DNA of 64,000 bases from the NCBI GenBank assembly GCA_963738405.1, contig CAVTWJ010000022.1, forward strand, positions 64,001-128,000. The letters run 5' to 3'. This DNA comes from a candidate division FCPU426 bacterium (lineage in GTDB: Bacteria; Oederibacteriota; Muellerivitia; Muellerivitales; Muellerivitaceae). This document shows, piece by piece, positions 30,479 to 40,546 of the stretch (positions are counted from its first letter, which is position 1; every line of letters begins with the position of its first letter). A model generated the notes under the pieces. It had not been told where the DNA came from and made no database searches. It was given only the letters and a program-made list of their open reading frames with translations. The translations under genes were made by a program, and so were the position numbers.

Positions 30479-32626
30479 TTGATCAAAAAATTCTATTTTT
30501 TATCAAAAACACAAGACGCATCAATTTCTTACAACCCGTTTTTTTATTTTCTCATCTTCCTTCTTGGCAATACTCTGCTGGCCTATTGCCCCATTGAATT
30601 TTCACTGAAAATTTGGTTGGGAATCATGCTAATCCTTCTTCCCCTTTTCCTGGCCTTTGTTTCCGTACAAGACAAACCACATAAAGAAAAGCCGGTCCCC
30701 GTCGACGAATTCCTGCCAAACCCACCTCTTTTATTCTGGCTGCTTTTAGCTGGGGGCGCATTATTTCTTAGATTTTTCCAATTGGTTGAACTGCCCGCGT
30801 GGCCCATGTGGGATGACGCACTTACCAGTTATTTTTCAATTCACTTGATGGAACATTGGCATTGGCAGCTTTGGTTCACTGCCGAAACTCTTCCCCCTTT
30901 TGTTTTTTGGATGCAGGCTTTGTTTTTAAAAATATGCCCGCCTTCACTGTTTTCGATATGGTTGTTATCGGCCCTGCAGTCCTCTTTGGTACTACCCATA
31001 AGTTATTGGGCCCTTCGACAATTTCTCTCTAAATCCCTTTCCATATTATATTTAGTCATTTTGGCCTTCGGTTTTTGGACCCTCTATCTCGGCAGATTTT
31101 GGTATGAACTCCAATCCATCATCCTTTGGCAGTTTCTAGCAATCGGTTTCTGGGGTCGTTATTTAAGGTCCCATGAATCAGGCCAAGTAAACAAATCGGT
31201 GTTTTATCTGGGTATCTGCCTTGGTTTAGGCCCTTACACTTCGATTTTAACCTCCCCCCTCATTTGTGTTATCTGGCTTGGGGTGCTTTTGAACTGTTGG
31301 AAGAGAAAAACAGAGGGCGCAAAAACATTTTTTGTTTTCTTGATCACGCTTATGGCCACATTAACACCCTTATTTCAGCAAATTTGTTCCAATCTTTTAA
31401 ACGGACATGTTTTCAAATACTCCGTCTTAAGTCGCGCCGCCTCCATTCCCGAACAACTACAATGTTCCCTTTCGTATTTGACAGTTTTTCTTTGGGGAAC
31501 GCTCAATAAGTCTTATTTCAATTTTGGTCCGTTATGGGGCGGCTACTTGAATCCCTTGTTAGGATCAACACTTTTGATTGGGCTTGTCGAATTATTTCAA
31601 ATGAATCGAAAGAATTTTTGTTGGTTTTTGGGCGCTTTAACAATTTGTGTTTTGCCGGGAATCTTTTCCAATACACTGGAAATGATCCGCGTTATTTCAG
31701 TTCTTCCACTATCCATTTTTCTAATCGTTTTAGGCTTGCGAAAGCTTTTCCTTTCCGCACATACAAGTCAAAAAATGTTAATTCTTGTTCTCTTGTTGTT
31801 TTTTTCACTTTCACTTGATGTCTATCACTTGTGGGGGCCTTGCCACCAATGGGCGGTACCGAACAAAGATTCGGGCGGTTCCAAGTCACCCGAACATTAC
31901 CAAGCCTTCCAAATCCTCGAGAAACTCCACCAGATAAAGGGTCCGGGACTTGTTTTGAGCGATTTTTATTACGACGTGTTCGATCAAAGCCTTTTCGTGA
32001 CCACATACGAATATAATGCGGCCGCAAATCCCCGCCTGGACCTGACCCAAGCCCAATGGGCCGCCATTCCGATGGCCCCTTGGGATGTTGAAATTTTCAA
32101 AAAACGGTTCCCATCAGCGGCCATGTATGACATTTCAAACGGTTTATACCGGGGCAATCATGATGGGATGCAGATGGCCGTTGTGCCCCTGAAGGGGGAG
32201 GAGGGACGTATTTTGCGAGGCTGGGTCGGTATCCACAATCAAATCCAAGAACTATTTTCCGATTATCCATTCCATGTTCAAAACCCCTCTTACCGAAAGG
32301 TCTTGGAAAGCTTGTGGCGTATCTACGATCAAACACCACAGGAACCTTTCCTCAAGAATTGTTTGATGGAAAAAATCATTTACTCGGCCTACCAAAGTTC
32401 CGATTTAAACGGCGCCGAACCGCTGGCTCAGTTACCCGAATCCCAACTATGGCACCCCCGGTTTTTCAATCGATGTTATGCGGTCGTTTTCAACAAGTTA
32501 GGCTTGTTACACATGCGATTAGGCCAGTACGCAGAAGCCCGAAAGCTATTTCTGCGGGCCGCAAAATTCGACCCGCAATTTCCACTTTATAAGGCGCTGG
32601 CCCTCTTGAATAAAAATTCACATTAA
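30479..32626 (+). CDS. GT-C fold (ArnT/PMT-like) membrane glycosyltransferase with C-terminal TPR
   Basis: More than 10 TM segments; LFLRFFQL..LP.WPMWDDA first-loop acidic motif; C-terminal NKLGLLH..LGQY.EARKLF.RAAKFDP. Confidence 0.7.
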   Translation: MIKKFYFLSKTQDASISYNPFFYFLIFLLGNTLLAYCPIEFSLKIWLGIMLILLPLFLAFVSVQDKPHKEKPVPVDEFLPNPPLLFWLLLAGGALFLRFFQLVELPAWPMWDDALTSYFSIHLMEHWHWQLWFTAETLPPFVFWMQALFLKICPPSLFSIWLLSALQSSLVLPISYWALRQFLSKSLSILYLVILAFGFWTLYLGRFWYELQSIILWQFLAIGFWGRYLRSHESGQVNKSVFYLGICLGLGPYTSILTSPLICVIWLGVLLNCWKRKTEGAKTFFVFLITLMATLTPLFQQICSNLLNGHVFKYSVLSRAASIPEQLQCSLSYLTVFLWGTLNKSYFNFGPLWGGYLNPLLGSTLLIGLVELFQMNRKNFCWFLGALTICVLPGIFSNTLEMIRVISVLPLSIFLIVLGLRKLFLSAHTSQKMLILVLLLFFSLSLDVYHLWGPCHQWAVPNKDSGGSKSPEHYQAFQILEKLHQIKGPGLVLSDFYYDVFDQSLFVTTYEYNAAANPRLDLTQAQWAAIPMAPWDVEIFKKRFPSAAMYDISNGLYRGNHDGMQMAVVPLKGEEGRILRGWVGIHNQIQELFSDYPFHVQNPSYRKVLESLWRIYDQTPQEPFLKNCLMEKIIYSAYQSSDLNGAEPLAQLPESQLWHPRFFNRCYAVVFNKLGLLHMRLGQYAEARKLFLRAAKFDPQFPLYKALALLNKNSH

Positions 32627-32789
32627 CTATCAATCTTCGTACTTTTGACGATCGTTTCCCCCTATGAATCAAAAAGAGTTAAATGGTTATTCAAACATCC
32701 TTCCGATTTTTGTCTTAAAATGCCTTCAGCTTTCGGGTTAGGCCATCAAAGGCTCGATAGCCGCAATAAATCGATGGAACAGGTTAGTA

Positions 32790-34511
32790 TTGAACATTCC
32801 CCTCTCATCTCCCACAGCCTCAGAATCCCCAACGGGATCATTCCTTGACCGGTATCCCTTTTTCTGTTCAGTCCTTGTCATTACCATCGCTATGTGTTTT
32901 CAGTTTTCCCTTTTCAGGCCTTATTTTCAGCTTAATGACGATACCTTCAAGGTTTTTTTCGCCCAAGGCGTCGGCACGAACCTGACTCCCAGCGAATACA
33001 TAGGGTATTCCAATTGCCTTTGGGGGTTTGTATTGAAGGCCCTCTATACCTATTTACCGGGTGTTGCCTGGTACGGAGTATTAATGCTCTGGACGCAGGC
33101 GCTATCGCTTCTCGCTTTTCTTTATGCCGCTCTTCTGACTCCTCATTCGCGCTTCAAGGCATGGGTGTTCGTCATCGCTTGGATAGGTTTTTACTTCGTG
33201 TTTTTCGCTAAAATTCAGTTTACCGCCACCTCCAGTTTGGCGGCCCAGGCCGGGATTTTCCTCGCGCTCAGCCTCTGGCAGGCCCCAAAAACATTTTCAC
33301 GACCCTACGGATGGTGGTTTTCCGGATTCCTGATATTCCTCTCGTCTCTCATTCGTTTGGAAGGATTCCTCATCACCTTTTTGATCGCCTTGCCCATTCT
33401 CGTTACCTTTATCAAAGACCCGTTCAGAAAAAAAAATCGGGTTATGAACCTATCCAAGTATATTTTTCTCCTGATCGTTTCAGGCTTGGTCCTGTTCGGC
33501 GTCCTTTTCAACTCTTACTGGTACGATCATGACCCGGGATGGCGGGCCTTCAATCAATTCGACAAAGAAAGGGTGGAATTTCAGGATTACCGCATCACCG
33601 AATACACTGATCGAACAAAACCCTATTTCGATTCTGTCGGCTGGACGCAAAACGACTACCGCATGTTTCTGAGCTGGTATTACACCGACGCGGAAGTCTT
33701 TAGCGCCGAAAAGGTCCGTGAGTTAAAATCTCACTTTCCCCGCATCGGTTCGGGCAACAAGACCATGTCTTACGAGTCAGTGACCCAATTCCTTTTCTCC
33801 TACGGCGGAAAGGCCTTCCTGGCGTTTTACCTGGCGCTACTTCTCTTCGTTCCGCTCCCTTCCTTACGGATATTGCTCTTCCAATTGGGTTTGTTTTTAG
33901 GCTTCTTCGCCTTCCTGATTTACTTCTTCCGGGCTCCCGATCACGTGGTCGTTCCGCTTCTGGTCCTGCTCCTGAACACCGCCATCTACCACACCTCGGC
34001 CGATATCAACGACTTCATTCCCGCCAGGCGGAATTGGAAACTCTTGACCGGAATGGTTTTTCTCGCCGTGATCGCCTCATCCGATCTTTATGCCCTAAAG
34101 CATTTTCACCAAGAGAACCTTCACAACCAGGAAGAGGAAAGGACCCTAAACGATTATGTCCGTCGTTTGAATCCCAGCGATGGCCAGCTTTATGTCATTT
34201 CCAATTTTCCATACGAGCTTTTTGACGGGCTGGACAACTTTCTGGTTTTTAAAAGTTTCCACATCTTCGAAATGGCCGTTTATGGGCGCAGTCCGGTTGC
34301 GAGCAAAATGATGGACCATTTCCATGTGAAGGACCTACTGATGGATATCGTGGACAAACCAAACATGTTCCTGGTTTGCACAGGGGAGGAAGGAATGATG
34401 TACCAAACTTACATGAAGGAAAAACGCCAAATGACCGTTTATCCCGAGCTTTATTTCAATTGTCCCTATTTCAAGGTTTATCGAATCCACTCAAAGAGGG
34501 TTATTCAATAG
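32790..34511 (+). CDS. Polytopic membrane protein, GT-C-like (paralog 1)
   Basis: First loop YFQLNDD; many TM segments; LIRLE motif; clear similarity to 34607-36352. Confidence 0.65.
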   Translation: MNIPLSSPTASESPTGSFLDRYPFFCSVLVITIAMCFQFSLFRPYFQLNDDTFKVFFAQGVGTNLTPSEYIGYSNCLWGFVLKALYTYLPGVAWYGVLMLWTQALSLLAFLYAALLTPHSRFKAWVFVIAWIGFYFVFFAKIQFTATSSLAAQAGIFLALSLWQAPKTFSRPYGWWFSGFLIFLSSLIRLEGFLITFLIALPILVTFIKDPFRKKNRVMNLSKYIFLLIVSGLVLFGVLFNSYWYDHDPGWRAFNQFDKERVEFQDYRITEYTDRTKPYFDSVGWTQNDYRMFLSWYYTDAEVFSAEKVRELKSHFPRIGSGNKTMSYESVTQFLFSYGGKAFLAFYLALLLFVPLPSLRILLFQLGLFLGFFAFLIYFFRAPDHVVVPLLVLLLNTAIYHTSADINDFIPARRNWKLLTGMVFLAVIASSDLYALKHFHQENLHNQEEERTLNDYVRRLNPSDGQLYVISNFPYELFDGLDNFLVFKSFHIFEMAVYGRSPVASKMMDHFHVKDLLMDIVDKPNMFLVCTGEEGMMYQTYMKEKRQMTVYPELYFNCPYFKVYRIHSKRVIQ

Positions 34512-34606
34512 TCAGGCTCTTGGGATATTCGCGCCCTTTGCGCCAGGAAGATGTTTTCTTTAGTTAAAGCTATCAAAAATCCAAGCCTTGACAAAGCCAC
34601 ATGACT

Positions 34607-36352
34607 TTAACTCTTCACCGAAAGAATCTTGTAGGCTGAAAAGAAGGGGCTTTCAAAAGTCTTCTCGAAACCCACTTCCATATTGTACTTTTCCCTCATG
34701 TGAGTCTTGTACATCTCCATCTCATAGGGGGTGCAGACCAGCAGGAGGTGGGGATTATCCACCAAGTCGTGGAACAGATCCTTCACGCCAAAACGGTTCA
34801 TCATGGCCTGGGTGGTCGGGGACCTTTGAAACCAAGCCAAGGTAATAATGTTGAAATGCTGGAACATGTCGTAATTATCGAAAGTGCCGATGATTTCATA
34901 GGGAAAAGCTGAATCCCAAAGGGTATAGAGCTGGTCATCCTGGGGATGAAAACTGTCCATGGCATACTTGAAGTTCTGTTCATATTTAGTCCACTGTCGG
35001 TTTTTGGCGTATTCCTTCTGAATAAAATTAATCGAGTAAAGCGACAAGAGGATTAAAAGGACCACCCCGGCGGTCCAAGACCAGGAAAACTCCCTCTTTT
35101 GCCCTGGTATGTTTTTGGTTTTAGAGACCGCGAAAAAAACAGCCCCATACATCAGAAAAAGGATGGAAGGTAAGGCTATTCTTTCCGGAATTTTCAGGTA
35201 CAGCATCAGGAAAAGCAGGACTAAAAAGACCCAGAGGGTGTTCAAAGCGATGAGTCGAAAGGCCTTGGCGGGCAAAAAACACAAAAAGGCCAGAAAAAAC
35301 AGCGAAACGATCTGAACCGATGGATATGAAAACACCACGCTAAAGGAAGAGTCGTAATGCTTGTTGAGCATGAATTTGGGGAAATAATCGTTCAGCTTTT
35401 GAAGCTTCTCACAGCTGTAGATGTCTTTATCCATGAAATACCAGCCCTGAAACATGTCCAGGTCGTTTCTCGTCCATCCCACTGAATCAAAAACAGGCTT
35501 TGAGGCCTCGTCATAAACCGGGCTGCGGGCCTCATGAAGCTCGAAATGTTGGTTGAAAAAATTGATCGAATCCACCCATCCCTGATCCTTATGGTAAGTG
35601 AAGTAATCCGCGCCGATGCACAAAAGGATGATGGCGGCTGTAGCCGCCAAAAAGCGAAACACCGGCCAGCGGATAATGATTTTTCCATTTTTCCAAACAA
35701 GGGTGAACAAAACCGGCAGGGCCACGAATACTACAAGAAAAATGGTCGAAAAGCGGATCAGGGCCGAAAAAAGAAAACAAACAAAGGCCAAAGCCAGGGC
35801 TTTTTTGAGATGTTTCGGATTCTCCTCCCGCCAAAGGCTCATGATCAGGAAAAGCCCTCCGGTCGCGGCCAGGGAGGCGGTGGTGGTCCATTGAAGCTCG
35901 GAAAAATAGTAAAAGTTGATGGCGATCGTCGAAATCAGGAACAAAAAAAATTTCAAAATGGGGTAGGGCCCCATTTGGAGCGAAACGGCAATGGCCCAGA
36001 GGGCCAGGAATTGGGTCAGGACTAGAAAACCGCCGTACCATTGAAACGAGGGGAAATAGACGTAAAGGTATTTAATGACCAGGCATAGCAAAAGGTTTTC
36101 ACGCTGGTTCATTTCACTGGGAGAGGGCACCATCCCGACACCCCGAAACAGCAGTTGGACAAAGGTATCGTCGTTGAATTGGTAATGGGTCCGGAAAAAC
36201 ATTAACACCAACATCCAGAAGAAGGAGATGCAGACAAAAGAGCTGAAAAAGGGTTTTTGCGCGAAAAAATCCAGAAAACTTGAGCTTTCCCCCGTTGCGG
36301 CGGAGGGATGGTTCGACGGGCTTGGATTATTTTTTGGATTGGATGGATTCAC
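34607..36352 (-). CDS. Polytopic membrane protein, GT-C-like (paralog 2)
   Basis: HYQFNDD; KPVFDSVGWTRNDLDMF vs KPYFDSVGWTQNDYRMF in paralog 1. Confidence 0.65.
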   Translation of the reverse strand: MNPSNPKNNPSPSNHPSAATGESSSFLDFFAQKPFFSSFVCISFFWMLVLMFFRTHYQFNDDTFVQLLFRGVGMVPSPSEMNQRENLLLCLVIKYLYVYFPSFQWYGGFLVLTQFLALWAIAVSLQMGPYPILKFFLFLISTIAINFYYFSELQWTTTASLAATGGLFLIMSLWREENPKHLKKALALAFVCFLFSALIRFSTIFLVVFVALPVLFTLVWKNGKIIIRWPVFRFLAATAAIILLCIGADYFTYHKDQGWVDSINFFNQHFELHEARSPVYDEASKPVFDSVGWTRNDLDMFQGWYFMDKDIYSCEKLQKLNDYFPKFMLNKHYDSSFSVVFSYPSVQIVSLFFLAFLCFLPAKAFRLIALNTLWVFLVLLFLMLYLKIPERIALPSILFLMYGAVFFAVSKTKNIPGQKREFSWSWTAGVVLLILLSLYSINFIQKEYAKNRQWTKYEQNFKYAMDSFHPQDDQLYTLWDSAFPYEIIGTFDNYDMFQHFNIITLAWFQRSPTTQAMMNRFGVKDLFHDLVDNPHLLLVCTPYEMEMYKTHMREKYNMEVGFEKTFESPFFSAYKILSVKS

Positions 36353-36472
36353 GAACAGGTTTCCTTCAAGGATATTTTTTTAATGAATACTCGCGCGTCC
36401 AAACCACAATGGGCCAAAATCCTAACATTGATTCTTTTAACTTACTGTTCAAAATATTCTGGTTTTTGGGTC

Positions 36473-36859
36473 TCAAGCTGGTTCGCCCGGCAAGCCAGGT
36501 AAATAGGCATCCAGGGCTGATAGAAATTTCATAATATTACGCCGGTTTTGGCCAAAGTCCCCTTTTCCGGCCCTGGACCGGGAGGTAATCTCCAGAGTGG
36601 TGATTCCATCCTGACCCTGGACGACATAGAGATCCACCGATTCCCCCAGACCCATGAAGCCCCTTCGTTCCACCTGAAGTCTGCCCTGTATCTCGTGATG
36701 TTTTTCAATTTTCCATCCCGGAAGTTTTTGAAGAACAGTTTGGACCGAAGCCAAAACCTCTTCCCGGGTCTTGGCGTAGCGGCGGGGCCTAAAAAAAGGG
36801 TCTGGGTCCCTCGGAGAAGTGACGTAATAGTTTTTGCCGAACCAGTCTTTGAAGCCCAT
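36473..36859 (-). CDS. DUF1499-like protein
   Basis: ITSRSRAGKGDFGQNRRNI matches the RS.SR.G..D.G.N..RI pattern. Confidence 0.8.
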   Translation of the reverse strand: MGFKDWFGKNYYVTSPRDPDPFFRPRRYAKTREEVLASVQTVLQKLPGWKIEKHHEIQGRLQVERRGFMGLGESVDLYVVQGQDGITTLEITSRSRAGKGDFGQNRRNIMKFLSALDAYLPGLPGEPA

Positions 36860-37734
36860 TAAGCCCTCGATTCGGGTTTGGCTGCCATCGAGTCCAAAAC
36901 AACCGGAGTCGGCACGCCCCCCTCCATCACCACGCGGGATTTTAAAGAATCGGCGCTGATTTTCCCCAGGGCTTCCGCCATCTTATCGGCTTGGCCCACG
37001 AGAGCCTGGGTGGATTCCACCCCCGCCTCAAAAATTCTTAGGGTATTTTCCACGTCATGGTGGAGCCGCAAGGCGATCAGCAGAGCTGTCAAACCTTTGA
37101 GATCCAACGGAATCAAGCGGTGTTCCTTAAAAGCCGAGACCCAATCCCCATGGGCTTGAAACTCTTTCAACTGGCTTTCTTTGGGAAAGTAGGCCAAACA
37201 ACCCGTTCCATTCTCAGGGATAGGCCCTTCTAACAATTTTCGATAAACAGCCTTTATGGTTTCATCGTTCAGGAGTTCCCCTTCCACAAGTGCTTCCCGG
37301 CAGGGTAGATCGCCCAAGGGGGTTTTGAACACCAGCATTTTATCCGTGACGGATTGGAAATGTTCCGGGGACAGGTAAAGTGCCGCCCTTTCCTGAAGCG
37401 TCATGGAACGGGCAAGGGGCTTGATGCCTAAAGCCAGGTTTTCCCGTACTTCCCTCAGGTTCTTGACGCCCTGGGGTAAGCGACCCGCCTCCAACCTTAA
37501 GTCGAGCAATTCATGCTGGGCGGTTCCCAAAGGAGATTCGATTTTTTCAATGAAAGCTTCCAGTTTGGTTTGGGAGGACTGAAGCCACTGGTCCGCGAGC
37601 CGGAATTCCGGGCGCGGGACCTCGATGGATTTTTCCTGCCGGGCTTTCTTGGAAGCCATGACGGAAAAGACCCCGCCTAAAACCCAAAGGACCAACAAAA
37701 TGCCGCCTACGATCACGACCATCCCAAAATCCAT
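36859..37734 (-). CDS. Membrane-anchored coiled-coil protein, degenerate RmuC-like
   Basis: N-terminal TM, coiled coil, then GT..LAYFPKES and RLIP....LTALLIAL resembling RmuC C-terminal blocks. Confidence 0.5.
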   Translation of the reverse strand: MDFGMVVIVGGILLVLWVLGGVFSVMASKKARQEKSIEVPRPEFRLADQWLQSSQTKLEAFIEKIESPLGTAQHELLDLRLEAGRLPQGVKNLREVRENLALGIKPLARSMTLQERAALYLSPEHFQSVTDKMLVFKTPLGDLPCREALVEGELLNDETIKAVYRKLLEGPIPENGTGCLAYFPKESQLKEFQAHGDWVSAFKEHRLIPLDLKGLTALLIALRLHHDVENTLRIFEAGVESTQALVGQADKMAEALGKISADSLKSRVVMEGGVPTPVVLDSMAAKPESRA

Positions 37735-37843
37735 TTCTTCCTCCCGAAGGCCGACATTATAGTCACCTGTCCCCTTAAAAAAGAGGGTCTCAAGGTGTGA
37801 TTTAGGTCATTTTGTGTGGGATTTCATCGCCTATAATCCCCCT

Positions 37844-38626
37844 ATGGTCGAAAAATCTTTTTTCCAAAAGAATTATAAGAAACTCCTGCTCATCCCCCTT
37901 GTCGTTGTAACCCTTTTCCTTTTTTCTTATTTTAAATCCCTCAGCAACCAGGCCCATCCCAAGTGGGGGCCCATGGTCGAAGCCGTTTACGGCATCGGCA
38001 CCGTCACCGCCCGCCACACCTACGACATGAAGCTGGGTGTATCCGATACACTCGAAAAACTCTATGTCAGCGAGGGGGATTCGGTGAAAAGGGGGCAAGC
38101 CTTGCTGGCCCTGGCCGATGGCCGCACCCTTCGGGCGCCCTTTGATGGAGTGGTCACTTCACTTCCCTTTAAGGAAGGCGAGACGGTATTTCCAGAAATA
38201 TCGCTTCTTACCCTGACGGATATGAATAACCCCTATGTGGTCGTTTCCCTTGAACAATCGGGCGCAATCAAGGTTAAGGCGGGCCAGACCGCCGTGTTGA
38301 GTTACGAAACCATCCGCGACCAAAAAACCGAAGGCAAAGTTTCATCCATTTATCCCAAAGACAGCCAATTTTTCGTCAACATCGAAGTCAACTCCCTCCC
38401 TCCTGGCATTCTGGTTGGCATGACCCCCGATGTGGCCATCCAGGTGGGAAGCAAAGATAAGGTTTTGCAAATCCCCTTAAAGGCCGTGATTCAGGGGAAG
38501 ATCAAAGTATTGAAGGGGATTTTCACCCGAGATATTCCAGTCAAATTGGGAATCAGCAACGGAGATTGGGTGGAAGTCACCGACAACAGCCTGCAGGGGG
38601 ATGAAACCCTGATTTTGCCCAAGTAA
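37844..38626 (+). CDS. Periplasmic adaptor (MacA/HlyD-like membrane fusion protein)
   Basis: N-terminal TM; lipoyl halves LYVSEGDSVKRGQ and LRAPFDGVV..EGETV; GMT.DV.I. Confidence 0.88.
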   Translation: MVEKSFFQKNYKKLLLIPLVVVTLFLFSYFKSLSNQAHPKWGPMVEAVYGIGTVTARHTYDMKLGVSDTLEKLYVSEGDSVKRGQALLALADGRTLRAPFDGVVTSLPFKEGETVFPEISLLTLTDMNNPYVVVSLEQSGAIKVKAGQTAVLSYETIRDQKTEGKVSSIYPKDSQFFVNIEVNSLPPGILVGMTPDVAIQVGSKDKVLQIPLKAVIQGKIKVLKGIFTRDIPVKLGISNGDWVEVTDNSLQGDETLILPK

Positions 38627-38628
38627 CA

Positions 38629-39873
38629 ATGATCTTTCTCGCCATCCGCCAACTCTTATCCCGCCCCTGGCAAACCCTTTTGGCTCTGGGTGGCATTACC
38701 CTGGGGGCCGCGGCCTTTTTGGTGATCTCCGGCATCATGCTGGGCTTCCGCCAACTTTTCATCAACCAGCTCATCAACGCCACCGCCCATGTCAGCATCT
38801 CCGCCGAGGCGGAGGATATTACCGACCATTCTCTCGATTCCGCTTTCTTTCCCGGCTCCCTGGTCAGTTGGGTGGTCCCTCCCGTGGCCCGGGATGAAAG
38901 CCCCCATCTCGAAAACCCGCAAGGGTGGTACGACCTTTTGGATTCGGATTCCGACGTTTTGGCCTATTCTCCCCAATACACCGCCCAGGTGCTCCTGGCC
39001 CGCACCAAGCTTTCCCGGCCCACCCGCCTCATAGGAGTCGAGGCCGCCAAACAGGTCGCCGCTACCGACATCGTCAGTGATATGAAAGAGGGCGACTTTA
39101 TGGACCTCGGCCGGGGCGGTTTCCAGATCGCCCTTGGGACAGGCCTGGCCCAAAAGCTGGGGGTTCGCCGCCTGGATACCATCACCGTTTTGGATTCTCG
39201 GGGACAGGCCTATCCCGCCAAGGTGGCGGGTTTTTTCCAGACCGGGGTCGTGGATATCGACGACACCACCGCCTACGGTCCTCTCTACTTCGTCCAGCAG
39301 GTGGGCCAGGCGCCGGGCGAAATTTCGCAAATATCGGTGCGGTTGAAAAATCCGGATAACGCCCATGCCGCCGCGGACCGCTGGTCGAGGTTCGGAAATG
39401 AGAAGGTGCAAAGTTGGGACCAAGCCAACGCCAGCTTCATGGGCGTCTTCAAGATGCAGGATATGGTGCGGTTTATTGTTTGTTTCGTCATCCTTACCGT
39501 GGCGGCCTTCGGCATTTACAACATCCTCAATAACATGGTCAACCAGAAGAGGGGCGAGATCGCCATTCTTCGTTCCATGGGCTACAGCTCGGGGGAAATC
39601 GTCCGGCTTTTCCTTTTCCAGGGAATCCTCTTAGGAACTATCGGTGGTGTGGCGGGTCTTATCATCGGAACCCTGGGCTGTCTCTATCTTCAAACCATAC
39701 AGATTGGGTCCGTCGGGGTGGTTACGGTGGACCATATGCTGATCGCTTGGAAGCCCGTCAATTATCTGATTTCCTTCTCTATGGCCCTGACCTCGGGGGT
39801 AGTGGCGGGTTATTTCCCGGCAAGGGCCGCCGGAAAAATGTCCCCTATTGATATCCTCCGGGCGGAGGGCTGA
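38629..39873 (+). CDS. ABC transporter permease (MacB/LolC/FtsX-like)
   Basis: TM1, periplasmic domain, then 3 TM; VNQKRGEIAILRSMG; PARAAGKMSPIDILR. Confidence 0.92.
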   Translation: MIFLAIRQLLSRPWQTLLALGGITLGAAAFLVISGIMLGFRQLFINQLINATAHVSISAEAEDITDHSLDSAFFPGSLVSWVVPPVARDESPHLENPQGWYDLLDSDSDVLAYSPQYTAQVLLARTKLSRPTRLIGVEAAKQVAATDIVSDMKEGDFMDLGRGGFQIALGTGLAQKLGVRRLDTITVLDSRGQAYPAKVAGFFQTGVVDIDDTTAYGPLYFVQQVGQAPGEISQISVRLKNPDNAHAAADRWSRFGNEKVQSWDQANASFMGVFKMQDMVRFIVCFVILTVAAFGIYNILNNMVNQKRGEIAILRSMGYSSGEIVRLFLFQGILLGTIGGVAGLIIGTLGCLYLQTIQIGSVGVVTVDHMLIAWKPVNYLISFSMALTSGVVAGYFPARAAGKMSPIDILRAEG

Positions 39874-39874
39874 T

Positions 39875-40546
39875 ATGGGCCTGATTCTCAAGGATATCCG
39901 TAAATCTTTCGGCCAGCCTCCCACCCATGTTTTAAAAGGCATTTCTTTTAATGTTCAGGACGGTGAGTTTGTAGCCCTGACGGGCCGGTCGGGGTCGGGA
40001 AAAAGCACCCTTCTTTACATCATCAGCAGTCTGGACCCGCCTTCCAGCGGAAGCCTGAAAATGGACGGTCATGAAGTGGCATCCATGACGCCTGAGGAGA
40101 TCAACCTTTTCCGCAACCAGCACGTGGGTTTTGTTTTTCAGTTTCACTATCTTCTGCCGGAACTGACCTGTCTGGAAAATATACTCATGCCCGCCCGAAA
40201 GGTCGGCCGCCAAGAAACCATGAAAAAAGAGGCGCTCGCATTGATGCGGGATTTCGAGGTGGAGCACGTGAAAAACAACCCTCCCGGAAAGGTCTCCGGG
40301 GGCGAGCGCCAGAGGGTGGCCATTGCCCGGGCGCTCCTGATGAGGCCCCGGTATCTTTTCGCGGATGAACCCACCGGCAATCTGGATTCCACCAGCGGGG
40401 AAAAAGTCATGAAGATTTTTGAGAAGGTTAACCGGCGGGACAAAACCACCGTCGTTATGGTCACCCACGACCAGGGTTACGCCCTCAGGGCCAAACGACG
40501 GATTGGCTTAGTGGACGGCGAGGTGGATTTCGACCGGAAAAGTTAA
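39875..40546 (+). CDS. ABC transporter ATP-binding protein (LolD/MacB-like)
   Basis: [39 protein letters not shown]. Confidence 0.96.
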   Translation: MGLILKDIRKSFGQPPTHVLKGISFNVQDGEFVALTGRSGSGKSTLLYIISSLDPPSSGSLKMDGHEVASMTPEEINLFRNQHVGFVFQFHYLLPELTCLENILMPARKVGRQETMKKEALALMRDFEVEHVKNNPPGKVSGGERQRVAIARALLMRPRYLFADEPTGNLDSTSGEKVMKIFEKVNRRDKTTVVMVTHDQGYALRAKRRIGLVDGEVDFDRKS

